Below are positions 29,785 to 39,322 of a stretch of DNA of 64,000 bases, one piece after another. Numbering within the stretch: the first letter of the stretch is position 1; the number at the start of each line of letters is the position of its first letter. A program made the translations under genes and the position numbers. Below the pieces are notes generated by a model. The model saw nothing but the letters and a program-made list of their open reading frames with translations. It did not search any database and was not told the DNA's origin. Source of the DNA: Bacillota bacterium (lineage in GTDB: Bacteria > Bacillota > Negativicutes > CTSoil-072); contig JAGFZV010000007.1 of the NCBI GenBank assembly GCA_017889545.1, forward strand, positions 82,435 to 146,434, read 5' to 3'.

Positions 29785-30006
29785 ATGATTACAGCGGAAA
29801 ATATTGCCCGTATCAATGAGTTGGCGCGCAAAAGCCGCGAGACAGGGCTAACGGCTGAAGAGCTCACCGAGCAAGCCATGCTCCGGCGTCTCTATATCGA
29901 TCACATGAAAGCGCAGGTAAAAGCCCAGCTTGACACGATCAAACCTGAACATCACCATGACAACTGCAGTTGCGGATGTCACCATGACAAAAATGACCGT
30001 TCATGA
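29785..30006 (+). CDS. DUF896 / UPF0291 (YnzC-like) protein with a C-terminal His/Cys-rich tail
   Basis: MITAENIARINELARKSRETGLTAEELTEQAMLRRLYID matches the UPF0291 core. The tail EHHHDNCSCGCHHDKNDRS is unusual. Confidence 0.65.
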   Translation: MITAENIARINELARKSRETGLTAEELTEQAMLRRLYIDHMKAQVKAQLDTIKPEHHHDNCSCGCHHDKNDRS

Positions 30007-31180
30007 TAAAAACGACGCGATAGTTTCACAACCAAATAACCGCTGCACATCTCAAATGATTTTGTTAACCCTAGGTCACTTTTTTAGTGATTTCTACAAT
30101 AATTTTTTACCCGGCTTGCTGCCAACAGTCATAGCCGCTTTAGGGATGTCGCTGACTACCAGCGGACTTCTTGTCATGGTGTATGCCATCACATCAAGTA
30201 TTCTTCAACCTTTTTTTGGTTATTATATTGATAAAAGCGGTTATTCCTGGCTAGTATTGATTACCTTGCCCATCAGCGCCGTTTTTATCTGTACGGCAGG
30301 GTTAGCGCCTACTATCTCGGCGCTTTTTTTGTTTATCACGTTCGCCGGGCTGGGTTCAGCTCTTTTTCACCCGCTTGGTTCCAGTATGATGGGCAAAATC
30401 ACGCCGCTTGAACATAAAGGACTTGCGATGGCAATGTTCATTGGCGGCGGGAATATCGGCGTGGCCATTGCGCCGGCTATTGTTATCTATCTTATCTTTC
30501 ATTACGGCGTAAACAGTTTACCGTGGATGATCCTGCCCGCACTTGCTTTGACCATCGCTTATTATGCGTACAATACGCATCGCATCCCCATTGCCGCTCC
30601 ACAAATGGATCTCGATCCCAATGCTCCGGCCTGGTATAGATCCGTAGGCATTCTCAAGCTAAATGCGGTCATGGGACTTCGTTCCTGGGCGCAAGTGGCG
30701 ATCCCGACTTTCTTGCCGGTTTGGGTTGTCCAACAAGGTCAAGCTCCCACGGTGGCCGCAACCATGATCACAATTTTCCTCTTCGGGGGAGCCATCGGCA
30801 GCGTTGCCGGGGGCTATATCGGCGACCATTTCGGACGCAAAAACTGCATTTTATGGTCCCTGGTCTTCTGTTTGCCGACACTATACCTATTCCTGACGAG
30901 CAGCGAAATCTCAGCACTCACTTGGTTTCTGTTGTTTTTCAGCGGCGCTGCCTTGCAAAGCGCGTTGCCGGCTTCCATTATCTGGGCTCAGGAAATGATC
31001 CCGAACAACGCCGCAATGGCCTCAGGGATGATGCTCGGTCTCTCATTCGGCCTTGGCGGTCTGGGTGCGGCGATTACCGGGGCAATGGCTGATGTAATTG
31101 GCCTGCAGTCCGCGCTTGTATTCTCTTTGCTTCCTTTGGCACTGTCCATCCCTTTGACGTATAGTATTTCAGAAAAATAA
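29984..31180 (+). CDS. MFS transporter
   Basis: 12 TM helices. GHFFSDFYNNFLPGLLP and GxLxDRxGRK-like (GYIGDHFGRKN) MFS motifs. The start is ambiguous (29930/29984/30056) and overlaps the preceding gene. Confidence 0.7.
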   Translation: MTKMTVHDKNDAIVSQPNNRCTSQMILLTLGHFFSDFYNNFLPGLLPTVIAALGMSLTTSGLLVMVYAITSSILQPFFGYYIDKSGYSWLVLITLPISAVFICTAGLAPTISALFLFITFAGLGSALFHPLGSSMMGKITPLEHKGLAMAMFIGGGNIGVAIAPAIVIYLIFHYGVNSLPWMILPALALTIAYYAYNTHRIPIAAPQMDLDPNAPAWYRSVGILKLNAVMGLRSWAQVAIPTFLPVWVVQQGQAPTVAATMITIFLFGGAIGSVAGGYIGDHFGRKNCILWSLVFCLPTLYLFLTSSEISALTWFLLFFSGAALQSALPASIIWAQEMIPNNAAMASGMMLGLSFGLGGLGAAITGAMADVIGLQSALVFSLLPLALSIPLTYSISEK

Positions 31181-31208
31181 TGATTGAATAATCCTGCTGG
31201 AGATTCGG

Positions 31209-31260
31209 AGTTGTTTGGAAACAAACAATCTTCCGGATCTTTTTATATATTTTCACAAAA
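31209..31260 (+). terminator. Probable terminator after the MFS gene
   Basis: Imperfect hairpin agattcggag...cttccggatct followed by TTTTTATATATTTT. Confidence 0.45.
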
Positions 31261-31349
31261 CCGGTCAAATTTGAAATATTGGTTGATGAGTACTATAATA
31301 AAGAGAGACATGAAAATATTACCACTTTCTATCTTGGGAGGCGATTGCA

Positions 31350-33104
31350 ATGTCTTCTTTAGCACAGATTAAAGATGTCGTGCAACAATTCGCAGAAGCT
31401 TTCAGTGCAACGCTAAAAGTCAATGTGGAAGTCTTTGACCAGATCGAACGGATTGCCGGAACAGGAACTGCCAAGCAATTAATAGGATGGCCGCTGCTGC
31501 CAACCGGAATTGTTAGAAAGCGAATATATGAAGATGGATTAAAAAAATTTATATTTGACAATCCTGGTCAGGATATTTCCTGTCAGCCTTGTCCCCGCCG
31601 AAACTGCTGCCATTATAAAAAGGCAGTACATGCCGCTTTGGAACATAATAACAAAATTATCGGCATCATCGGTATTGTAGCCGAAAATGATGAACAAGAA
31701 AAATTGATTGAATATAATAATTATTCCATGCTCAATCTTGTTGATAAAATAGCGAATTTAATAACGGCCAAAGTCGAAGAGCATCAAATATTAAAACAGG
31801 TTAAAACCTATGCAGAACTTATGCACGTGGCAACAAATGCCATTGATAAGGGTATGCTTATGCTTGACAATGAACTTCGAATTATCGATATAAATGATTA
31901 TTTGATCAATAAATTAGTGTTACAAAGAAAATTCGTATTACACCAGCATGTGCGTACCATATTGCCGTCATTAATACTTTATAAAAACGCTTCAGCGCAG
32001 TTGAATATTGAACAACAGGAAATCGTATATTCTGTCAACAACAAATACATCTATCTTATCTGCACTTTGAAGCCCATTAGCATCAACAATGAATTAACTG
32101 GCTGCCTCTGCTTAATTGAAGACTATAAAGACACCACAGAACGGGCATACGCCACTATTACAAAGCAGCAGCCGATCTACTTGAGTGATATTATTGGTTT
32201 AGACCAACAATTCACCGATTTCAAAAATACTGTCAAGAATGTGTCCTTAAACGGTTCAACCATTTTACTCACAGGAGAGACCGGCACCGGCAAAGAATTG
32301 TTTGCCAGAGCCATACATTCAGAAAGTTCTAGAAGTAACGGTCCTTTTGTTACAATTAATTGCGGCGGAATTCCAGAGACATTGTTAGAAAGTGAATTGT
32401 TCGGATATGAAAAAGGGGCTTTTACCGGAGCAAACAGTATGGGTAAACACGGAAAATTTTTTATGGCTAACAAAGGTACATTATTTCTTGATGAAATTGA
32501 AGCCCTGCCTCTTTATCTCCAGCCAAAACTGCTGCGTGTAATCGAAAGCAAAGAGATCGAAAGGATCGGCGGAGTGCGAACCATTCCGATCGACGTCCGA
32601 ATTGTTGCCGCAACAAATGTTATGTTGGATGAAATGGTGCAGAAAAAGGAATTTAGGGAAGATTTATTTTACCGACTCAATGTCGTTGCTTTATTTATTC
32701 CGCCATTGCGAGACCGAAAAACGGATATTCTCGTATTAACTGAACATTTTATAAAAAAATTTTCAGCTAAATTCAATAAAAATATTATTGGATTGAGCGA
32801 TCCTGTAAATCATATATTTTGTACTTATCATTGGCCTGGAAATGTACGAGAATTGCAAAATGCAATTGAGTATGCGATCAATATGGAACAAAGCCATTAT
32901 ATAACAGTTGAAAATCTACCGATGCAATTGAAAAATAGACAAAAAGAAGATCATGCACATACATTGCATGGAATGGAACTGGATAATCTCAAGCAAGCAT
33001 TAGATCGATTTGGCTGGACAGAAGCTGGAAAAATCGAAGCCGCAAACTATTTAGGAATCAGTCGTTCCACTATCTATCGAAAAATAAAAAAATTTAATTT
33101 GTAA
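31350..33104 (+). CDS. Sigma-54-dependent transcriptional activator (bEBP) with an N-terminal Cys-containing sensor region, an AAA+ domain and a C-terminal Fis-type HTH
   Basis: 584 aa. GETGTGKELFARAIH Walker A. GAFTGA sigma-54 contact motif (GYEKGAFTGA). C-terminal HTH AANYLGISRSTIYRKIKK. N-terminal region carries CQPCPRRNCCH. Confidence 0.9.
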   Translation: MSSLAQIKDVVQQFAEAFSATLKVNVEVFDQIERIAGTGTAKQLIGWPLLPTGIVRKRIYEDGLKKFIFDNPGQDISCQPCPRRNCCHYKKAVHAALEHNNKIIGIIGIVAENDEQEKLIEYNNYSMLNLVDKIANLITAKVEEHQILKQVKTYAELMHVATNAIDKGMLMLDNELRIIDINDYLINKLVLQRKFVLHQHVRTILPSLILYKNASAQLNIEQQEIVYSVNNKYIYLICTLKPISINNELTGCLCLIEDYKDTTERAYATITKQQPIYLSDIIGLDQQFTDFKNTVKNVSLNGSTILLTGETGTGKELFARAIHSESSRSNGPFVTINCGGIPETLLESELFGYEKGAFTGANSMGKHGKFFMANKGTLFLDEIEALPLYLQPKLLRVIESKEIERIGGVRTIPIDVRIVAATNVMLDEMVQKKEFREDLFYRLNVVALFIPPLRDRKTDILVLTEHFIKKFSAKFNKNIIGLSDPVNHIFCTYHWPGNVRELQNAIEYAINMEQSHYITVENLPMQLKNRQKEDHAHTLHGMELDNLKQALDRFGWTEAGKIEAANYLGISRSTIYRKIKKFNL

Positions 33105-33142
33105 GCCACCGATCTATCTTCACAATTAGAAAAACGTTATTT

Positions 33143-33182
33143 GCCTGATTGATTCAATCAGGCAAATGACGTTTTTCTTTTT
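33143..33182 (+). terminator. Perfect 12-bp inverted repeat just after the activator gene; possible terminator or operator
   Basis: TTGCCTGATTGA-T-TCAATCAGGCAA. A T-rich tract (gtttttcttttt) starts 8 nt downstream. Confidence 0.4.
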
Positions 33183-33195
33183 CATCACAACCCAT

Positions 33196-33262
33196 GATAT
33201 GAGATGGTATCTCATATCAATATGACATGTCATCTCATGTCGCGTTGACATGAGATGACATA
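33196..33262. promoter_or_regulatory. Cluster of inverted repeats; candidate upstream activator sites for the sigma-54 activator
   Basis: ATATGAGAT-ggt-ATCTCATAT (33197-33217). ATGTCATCTCATGTC-gcgttg-ACATGAGATGACAT (33227-33261). Shared TGAGAT/ATCTCA core, positioned about 100-160 nt upstream of the -24/-12 element. Confidence 0.6.
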
Positions 33263-33356
33263 ATTTGCACACTAAATTTTTGTTCATGGAACTTATTTTC
33301 CTCGCAAACCTTGAAGAACAACGGTATTATTTGTATTTTTTGAAAATTCATTTATT

Positions 33357-33373
33357 TGGCACATAATATGCAT
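33357..33373 (+). promoter_or_regulatory. Sigma-54 (-24/-12) promoter of the CoA-transferase operon
   Basis: TTGGCACATAATATGCAT matches TGGCAC-N5-TTGCA with correct GG/GC spacing. Lies about 50 nt upstream of the RBS AAAGGAGG. Confidence 0.8.
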
Positions 33374-33421
33374 TACTAACAAGTGATTGTATATAACATT
33401 CATTGTAAAGGAGGTTTTTGG

Positions 33422-34993
33422 ATGGCAAAGTTTATGACCGCCGAAGAAGCCGTACAACTCATAAAAAATGCTGATACGGTAGCCATCTCTGGATTTTTAG
33501 GCATGGGCCACCCAGAAGAAATTTCATTGGCAGTCGAAAAAAAATTTTTAGAAACCGGCACCCCACACGATCTTACTCTGACCTTTGGCGCCAGTCAGAA
33601 TGACGGCAAAGGAAATTGGGGACTCAACCGCTGGGGAAAAGAAGGATTGGTCAAACGCATCATAGCCGGTCATTGGGGTTTGCAACCCGACATGGTAAAA
33701 CTGGCAACGGAAAACAAAGTTGAAGCCTATAATTTCCCTCAGGGTGTAATGATGCATCTATATCGGGCCATTTCCGGTAAAAAACCAGGAATTTTAACTC
33801 ATGTTGGTCTAAAAACATTTGTTGATCCACGGGAAAAAGGCGGAAAATTGAATGACAAAACAATAGACGATTATGTCAGCGTTATGAAAATAGACGGAAA
33901 AGACTATTTATTCTACAAGTCATTCCCTATTGATGTTACGATCATTCGAGGAACAACAGCGGATGAAAAAGGAAATATTACGATCGAAAAAGAAGGAATT
34001 GCACTTGAATTTTTAACTTTGGCGCTGGCAGCGCGGGCATGCGGCGGCATTGTTATTGCCCAAGTAGAAAGAGTAGTAAAATCCGGAACGTTAGACGCGA
34101 TGCAAGTGAAGGTTCCCGGCATCATGGTAGACGCCATTGTCGTTGCTGCACCTGAGAACCATTGGCAGTCTACCGCAGAACCCTATGATCCGGCCTTGTC
34201 GGGAAATATCAAGATCCCTTTGGACAGCATACCGCCATTATCATTGAACGAACGAAAAATCATCTGCCGCCGGTGCGCAATGGAACTGATGCCAAATTCA
34301 GTTGTCAATTTAGGTATTGGCATGCCGGAGGGCGTTGGGTCAGTTGCAGCGGAAGAAGGTTTTTGCGACTCCCTCACTATGTCGGTTGAGCCTGGTGTAA
34401 TTGGCGGCGTCCCGCAAGGTGGAAAGCGTTTTGGCTGTTCAGTAAATCCAGAAGCGATCATTGATCATCCCTATAGCTTCGATTTTTATGATGGCGGCGG
34501 TTTAGATCTGACGGTGCTTGGCATGGCGGAAATGGATCAAAAAGGAAACGTAAATGTCAGTAAATTCGGACCGAAAATTGCCGGTGCCGGAGGATTTATC
34601 AACATCACCCAAAGTACAAATAACGTCATTTTCTGTGGAACAATGACTGCCGGTGGATTAAAGCTGGGCGTAAGAGATGGAAAACTTTTAATTTTACAGG
34701 AGGGAAAAATTAAAAAGCTGGTCAACGAAGTTGAACAAATTACCTTCAGCGGCGATTACGGCAGAGAAAGCGGCCAAAAAATTCTTTATGTAACAGAAAG
34801 AGCAGTGTTTGAACTACGGCCAGAAGGCGTAACCCTGACTGAAATAGCCCCTGGTATTGATTTGGAAAAAGATGTTTTAGGTCAAATCAATTTTCGACCT
34901 AAAATTTCATCAACGCTTGCAATAATGGATCCACGGATTTTCCAGGACGAACCAATGCAGCTCAAAAATGATATTATGGCAAAAATTGAATAA
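33422..34993 (+). CDS. Acyl-CoA:carboxylate CoA-transferase, propionate CoA-transferase (Pct/YdiF) family
   Basis: Start at MAKFMTAEEAV (RBS GGAGG). Strong resemblance to Pct-type enzymes (SGF.G.G.PE, GHW, FINITQ). Catalytic-Glu region EMDQKGNVNVS. Confidence 0.8.
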   Translation: MAKFMTAEEAVQLIKNADTVAISGFLGMGHPEEISLAVEKKFLETGTPHDLTLTFGASQNDGKGNWGLNRWGKEGLVKRIIAGHWGLQPDMVKLATENKVEAYNFPQGVMMHLYRAISGKKPGILTHVGLKTFVDPREKGGKLNDKTIDDYVSVMKIDGKDYLFYKSFPIDVTIIRGTTADEKGNITIEKEGIALEFLTLALAARACGGIVIAQVERVVKSGTLDAMQVKVPGIMVDAIVVAAPENHWQSTAEPYDPALSGNIKIPLDSIPPLSLNERKIICRRCAMELMPNSVVNLGIGMPEGVGSVAAEEGFCDSLTMSVEPGVIGGVPQGGKRFGCSVNPEAIIDHPYSFDFYDGGGLDLTVLGMAEMDQKGNVNVSKFGPKIAGAGGFINITQSTNNVIFCGTMTAGGLKLGVRDGKLLILQEGKIKKLVNEVEQITFSGDYGRESGQKILYVTERAVFELRPEGVTLTEIAPGIDLEKDVLGQINFRPKISSTLAIMDPRIFQDEPMQLKNDIMAKIE

Positions 34994-35005
34994 GGAGGAC
35001 AAATC

Positions 35006-36142
35006 GTGAATTTCACTTTCACAGAAGATCAGGAACTCATCCGAGCTATGGTTCGGGAATTTGCTCAGGCAGAAATTGCACCGAGATCAGCCCATCTGGA
35101 CGAAACCGGAGAATTTCCTGCTGACACCATGCAACGACTAGCTGAGCTAGACCTTACCGGAATGCCTTATCCGCAGATATATGGCGGTGCTGCCGCAGAT
35201 TATGTCAGTTACGCCATTGTTATCGAAGAAATTTCACGCGCCTGTTCGTCTACCGGGGTCATTCTTGCCGTTCATACTTTGGCCGGAATTCCGATTTATC
35301 AATTCGGGACGGAGGAACAAAAACAACTCTGGCTGCCGAAGCTCATTGGGTACCAGGCCTTAGGAGCGTTTGCCATCACTGAACCCGCAGCAGGCAGCGA
35401 TGCCGGCTCACTGCAAACAACGGCAGTGCCGGCTGGAGATAGCTATATATTAAACGGCACCAAGACATTTATCACAAACGGCGCTGAAGCAGGAATATTC
35501 ATCGTCATGGCTTTGACCAAAACCGGTATTGGAACAAAAGGAATTAGTGCTTTTATTGTCGAGAAAGGCACGCCCGGATTTACTATCGGTAAGCATGAAA
35601 GAAAGATGGGCATCCGTGGCAGCAGTACTACCGAACTGATTTTTGCCAACTGCCGGATCCCAAGCGCAAATCGGATAGGGAAAGAAGGTGACGGCTTTAA
35701 AATTGCAATGGCTGCTCTCGACGGCGGTCGCATCAGCATTTCCGCCCAGTCAACAGGGATTGCGCAGGCCTGTTTGGATGAAGCAATTGCTTATTCCAAA
35801 GAACGCGTACAATTTAACCGGCCGATTTCGTCCAATCAGGCCATTCAGTGGATGCTGGCAGAGATGGCTGCCGACATCAGCGCAGGCAGACTATTAACCT
35901 ACAAAGCGGCTTACCTGAAGCAAATCGGCAAACCGTTCACTATGGAGGCAGCCATGGCCAAACTATTCGCATCCCAAATGGCGGTGCGCTGTGCCACAAA
36001 GGCAGTACAAATTCATGGCGGCTACGGCTATATTAAAGATTTTAAAGTAGAACGTCTTTATCGGGATGCGCGCATTCTCGAGATTTACGAAGGTACTTCC
36101 GAGGTGCAAAAAATGGTTATTGCCGGCAACCTCTTGCGGTGA
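35006..36142 (+). CDS. Acyl-CoA dehydrogenase (short-chain/butyryl-CoA dehydrogenase-like)
   Basis: 378 aa. Acyl-CoA DH fold with catalytic-base region YEGTSEVQ and an FAD-binding pattern. Confidence 0.85.
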   Translation: MNFTFTEDQELIRAMVREFAQAEIAPRSAHLDETGEFPADTMQRLAELDLTGMPYPQIYGGAAADYVSYAIVIEEISRACSSTGVILAVHTLAGIPIYQFGTEEQKQLWLPKLIGYQALGAFAITEPAAGSDAGSLQTTAVPAGDSYILNGTKTFITNGAEAGIFIVMALTKTGIGTKGISAFIVEKGTPGFTIGKHERKMGIRGSSTTELIFANCRIPSANRIGKEGDGFKIAMAALDGGRISISAQSTGIAQACLDEAIAYSKERVQFNRPISSNQAIQWMLAEMAADISAGRLLTYKAAYLKQIGKPFTMEAAMAKLFASQMAVRCATKAVQIHGGYGYIKDFKVERLYRDARILEIYEGTSEVQKMVIAGNLLR

Positions 36143-36175
36143 TACATAAATTAAATTAACAGGAGGAGAAAAGTT

Positions 36176-37786
36176 ATGGCATTGAAAACAAAAGAACAGT
36201 ATCAGGAGAGCATCCGAAATCGAAAACCGATGGACGTTTGGTTTCTCGGCGAAAAGGTTGACGATGTGACTACCTTCCCCCCGTTGGCGGCCAGCTTTGC
36301 AGCCATATCAAAAGTATATGAGTTAACTGGCGACCCTGGTTGGAAGGATATGCTCACAACAACGTCGCACCTTACCGGCGAAACCGTCAGTATTTACAAT
36401 GCACCGCTGCAATCGGCAGAGCAAGCCAATAACAAAACCCGCGCAGCGCGTGCTTTAGCCGAGGTAATCGGTTGCTGTACACATCGTTGTACCGGTTCGG
36501 AAGGGTTTGCCGGTTTAGGTCCCTGTACCTATGACATGGACCATGATTTGGGAACAAATTATTTCGAACGTTTTACCAAATTTATGGAATATGTACAATC
36601 GAATGATTACAGCTGCACTGTCACCGTAACTGACGTAAAAGGGCTGCGCACCTTGCCTCCGAATAAGCAGCCGGATCGGGATATGTATGTTCATATCGAT
36701 GAATATCGCAAGGACGGAATTGTTATCAGCGGTTATAAAGCAAATCAAACCGGAATTTTATTTGCTCATGAAGTAATTATTGTTCCCACAACAGCCATGA
36801 AACCGGAAGATAAGGATTTTGCTGTAGCGTGTGCAATTCCTGCTGATGCTCCCGGAATTACCTATGTATTGGGCCGTACTCCGCAAGACAAACGTTTCTT
36901 TGAAGTAAACGAAGATATTGAAGGCATTGACCTTGGAAAAATGTACGCTGACCATCAAGCACTTGCTTATTTTGATCATGTATTTGTTCCAAACGAAAGA
37001 GTGTTTTTATGCGGTGAAACCGAATATGTCGGCCGTCTGTTAAATTACTTTACGGCTGTTCATCGTTTGACGGCTGGTGGCTGCAAGGCTGGCGGCTGCT
37101 CGGCATTAGCCGGTGCAACCAGCCTAATTTCCGACATGATTGGGGTTAATAAAGCCGGCCATATTAAAGAAAAATTATCAGAAATGGCAATGACGGCAGA
37201 AACATGCTACGGTCTTTCTCTGGCTGCCGGGACTGAAGGCTTTAAACATCCCAGCGGATTTTGGATCCCCAATCCATTGCTTGCCCATACCACAAAATTC
37301 ACATGCACCTCAGCGCCCTTCAATGCAGTCCGTACTGCACGCGAAATTATCGCCGGAACCGGCGAAACTGCCTGTTCCGAATTAGACATGCGTAATCCGA
37401 CAATCGGCAAAATGGTTCAAAAAGCATTCAATCCCGGCAATCCTGCATATGACGCCTTTGACCGTTTAAGAGCCACCCGTTTTGTAGAACATATGGTTCG
37501 AGGATCCAACTGGACAGCGATGGCCTTGCATGGCGGCGGCAACTCCGAAGCTGCTCGTATGATGGCTGGCCGCTTTACTGATTGGAAACATTTGCAGGAC
37601 ATGGTTAAAGTAGCTACCGGAATTGAAAAAGACCCCATCTTTTGCAAAGATGTGTTGGATTCCATCGGCAGGCGCGCGGGACGAATTGATACTACACTGG
37701 ATCTGCCTACTATGAGTGACGTACCCGTTGAAAGTAAAAAAGTAGTTTTTGAAAAAAGAGAGCTTGTGGGATCCGGAAAAAAATAA
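36176..37786 (+). CDS. 4-hydroxybutyryl-CoA dehydratase / vinylacetyl-CoA delta-isomerase (AbfD) family protein
   Basis: 536 aa. CCTHRC (C-x3-C) and H-x6-C (HRLTAGGCKAGGC) match the [4Fe-4S] ligand pattern of AbfD. HpaB-like fold. Confidence 0.7.
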   Translation: MALKTKEQYQESIRNRKPMDVWFLGEKVDDVTTFPPLAASFAAISKVYELTGDPGWKDMLTTTSHLTGETVSIYNAPLQSAEQANNKTRAARALAEVIGCCTHRCTGSEGFAGLGPCTYDMDHDLGTNYFERFTKFMEYVQSNDYSCTVTVTDVKGLRTLPPNKQPDRDMYVHIDEYRKDGIVISGYKANQTGILFAHEVIIVPTTAMKPEDKDFAVACAIPADAPGITYVLGRTPQDKRFFEVNEDIEGIDLGKMYADHQALAYFDHVFVPNERVFLCGETEYVGRLLNYFTAVHRLTAGGCKAGGCSALAGATSLISDMIGVNKAGHIKEKLSEMAMTAETCYGLSLAAGTEGFKHPSGFWIPNPLLAHTTKFTCTSAPFNAVRTAREIIAGTGETACSELDMRNPTIGKMVQKAFNPGNPAYDAFDRLRATRFVEHMVRGSNWTAMALHGGGNSEAARMMAGRFTDWKHLQDMVKVATGIEKDPIFCKDVLDSIGRRAGRIDTTLDLPTMSDVPVESKKVVFEKRELVGSGKK

Positions 37787-37916
37787 AGAAATTTTTCCTG
37801 TAATATAAAATGCTTCTCTTAGGAGGAACGACTATCGTAAGCCGTTCCTCCTAATGCACTCACATAAAAAAACAGTATCACTTGCAGTCTTAAAAATTCT
37901 TGAATGGGGGGATAAA

Positions 37917-39239
37917 ATGGACAAGGTTGCAACTAACCCTAAAGGTCTCGATACTACATTGGTTGCACAAATGCTCCGGCTTCGGTGGTACATTTATGGA
38001 ATATTGTGTCTAGGCTATTTTTTGGTCTATTTTCACAGAGTTTCTACTGCCGTAGTAGCACCCGAATTAACTGAGGCATTTGGATTAACTGCAGCTAGCC
38101 TGGGACTGCTAAGTTCTGCTTATTTTTATCCTTATGCATTGGCACAAATTCCTTCAGGAATATTAACTGATTATTTAGGTCCAAGAAAAACAGTTACGTT
38201 TTTTATTCTTGTTGCTGCAATTGGCGCTTTTCTCTTTGGTACAGCCTCAACATATTCTTGGGCTATTGTGGGCCGGTCATTAGTGGGTCTCGGTGTTGCT
38301 TTCATCTATATTCCGGTTATGAAGATTCTTGCTGAATGGTTTCGCCAGCATGAGTTTGCAACACTCACCGGTCTGCTGTTATCCGTCGGCAATATTGGCG
38401 CTCTTTCGGCCGCTGCGCCGCTCAGCCTGCTGGTTGGAGCGGCCGGATGGCGAAATTCATTTATTTATATTGGAGCAGTTACTGTAATATTGGCCATTGG
38501 TTGTTGGTTAATTATTCGTAACAAGCCGCAAGATATGGGCTTGCCGACTGTCTACGACATAGACGGATCTGCACCTCCGGCAGGTTCTACAGATTCACTG
38601 ACACTCAAAGAATCCATGAAGCTTATTGTCAGCAACCGAAATTTTTGGCTGTTATCTCTATGGTATTTCGTATTTTATGGTACGGTAATGGGTTTTCAAG
38701 GCTTATGGGCCACACCGTATCTTATCGACACGCAATCGTTAGCCAAACCAGCGGCAATACAAATTTTAACTTACATCGCATTAGGAATGATTTGCGGATG
38801 CCCTCTCTCTGGTTATCTGTCTGACCGTGTGCTGCATTCCCGTAAAAAAGTACTAATCATTGGCACTGTCTTATATACTTTTTCTTGGTTGCTTCTTATA
38901 GTCATATCCAACTCACAGCCCGCCTTCATCCCCTATCTCTTTTTTGCTATGGGCTTCTTCGGCGGTTTTTTTGTCGTAATTTATGCTTGGTTTAAAGAAT
39001 TGATGCCTTCAAAAATCGTTGGTACTGCAATTGGCGCAATGAACTTCTTTCCGTTTGTCGGCGGAGCTATTTTCCAACAAATAATGGGCAGTATTATTGG
39101 CTCTTATCAACGCATCAACGGCGCCTATCCATTGGATGCATATATTAATTCTTTTTGGTTCTGTTTTGCTTCTTTGGCAATCGTTACCATCGCGATACCC
39201 TTTGCTTCGGAAAATCAGAGTTTAAAACGGAAAGCTTGA
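37917..39239 (+). CDS. MFS transporter (probably a carboxylate/organic-acid porter) ending the sigma-54 operon
   Basis: Start at MDKVATNPKGL after RBS GGGGGG. 12 TM helices. The ORF-track start is 37854. Confidence 0.7.
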   Translation: MDKVATNPKGLDTTLVAQMLRLRWYIYGILCLGYFLVYFHRVSTAVVAPELTEAFGLTAASLGLLSSAYFYPYALAQIPSGILTDYLGPRKTVTFFILVAAIGAFLFGTASTYSWAIVGRSLVGLGVAFIYIPVMKILAEWFRQHEFATLTGLLLSVGNIGALSAAAPLSLLVGAAGWRNSFIYIGAVTVILAIGCWLIIRNKPQDMGLPTVYDIDGSAPPAGSTDSLTLKESMKLIVSNRNFWLLSLWYFVFYGTVMGFQGLWATPYLIDTQSLAKPAAIQILTYIALGMICGCPLSGYLSDRVLHSRKKVLIIGTVLYTFSWLLLIVISNSQPAFIPYLFFAMGFFGGFFVVIYAWFKELMPSKIVGTAIGAMNFFPFVGGAIFQQIMGSIIGSYQRINGAYPLDAYINSFWFCFASLAIVTIAIPFASENQSLKRKA

Positions 39240-39250
39240 TCATCTGTTAA

Positions 39251-39310
39251 TAAAAATAATGCAGCGAACCGGCTAATTTGATTAAAAGCCGGTTCGCTGC
39301 ATTATTTTTA
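39251..39310. terminator. Bidirectional rho-independent terminator
   Basis: aatgcagcgaaccggct...agccggttcgctgcatt, a 17-bp stem flanked by an A-run and a T-run. Confidence 0.8.
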
Positions 39311-39322
39311 TACATTTGATCC

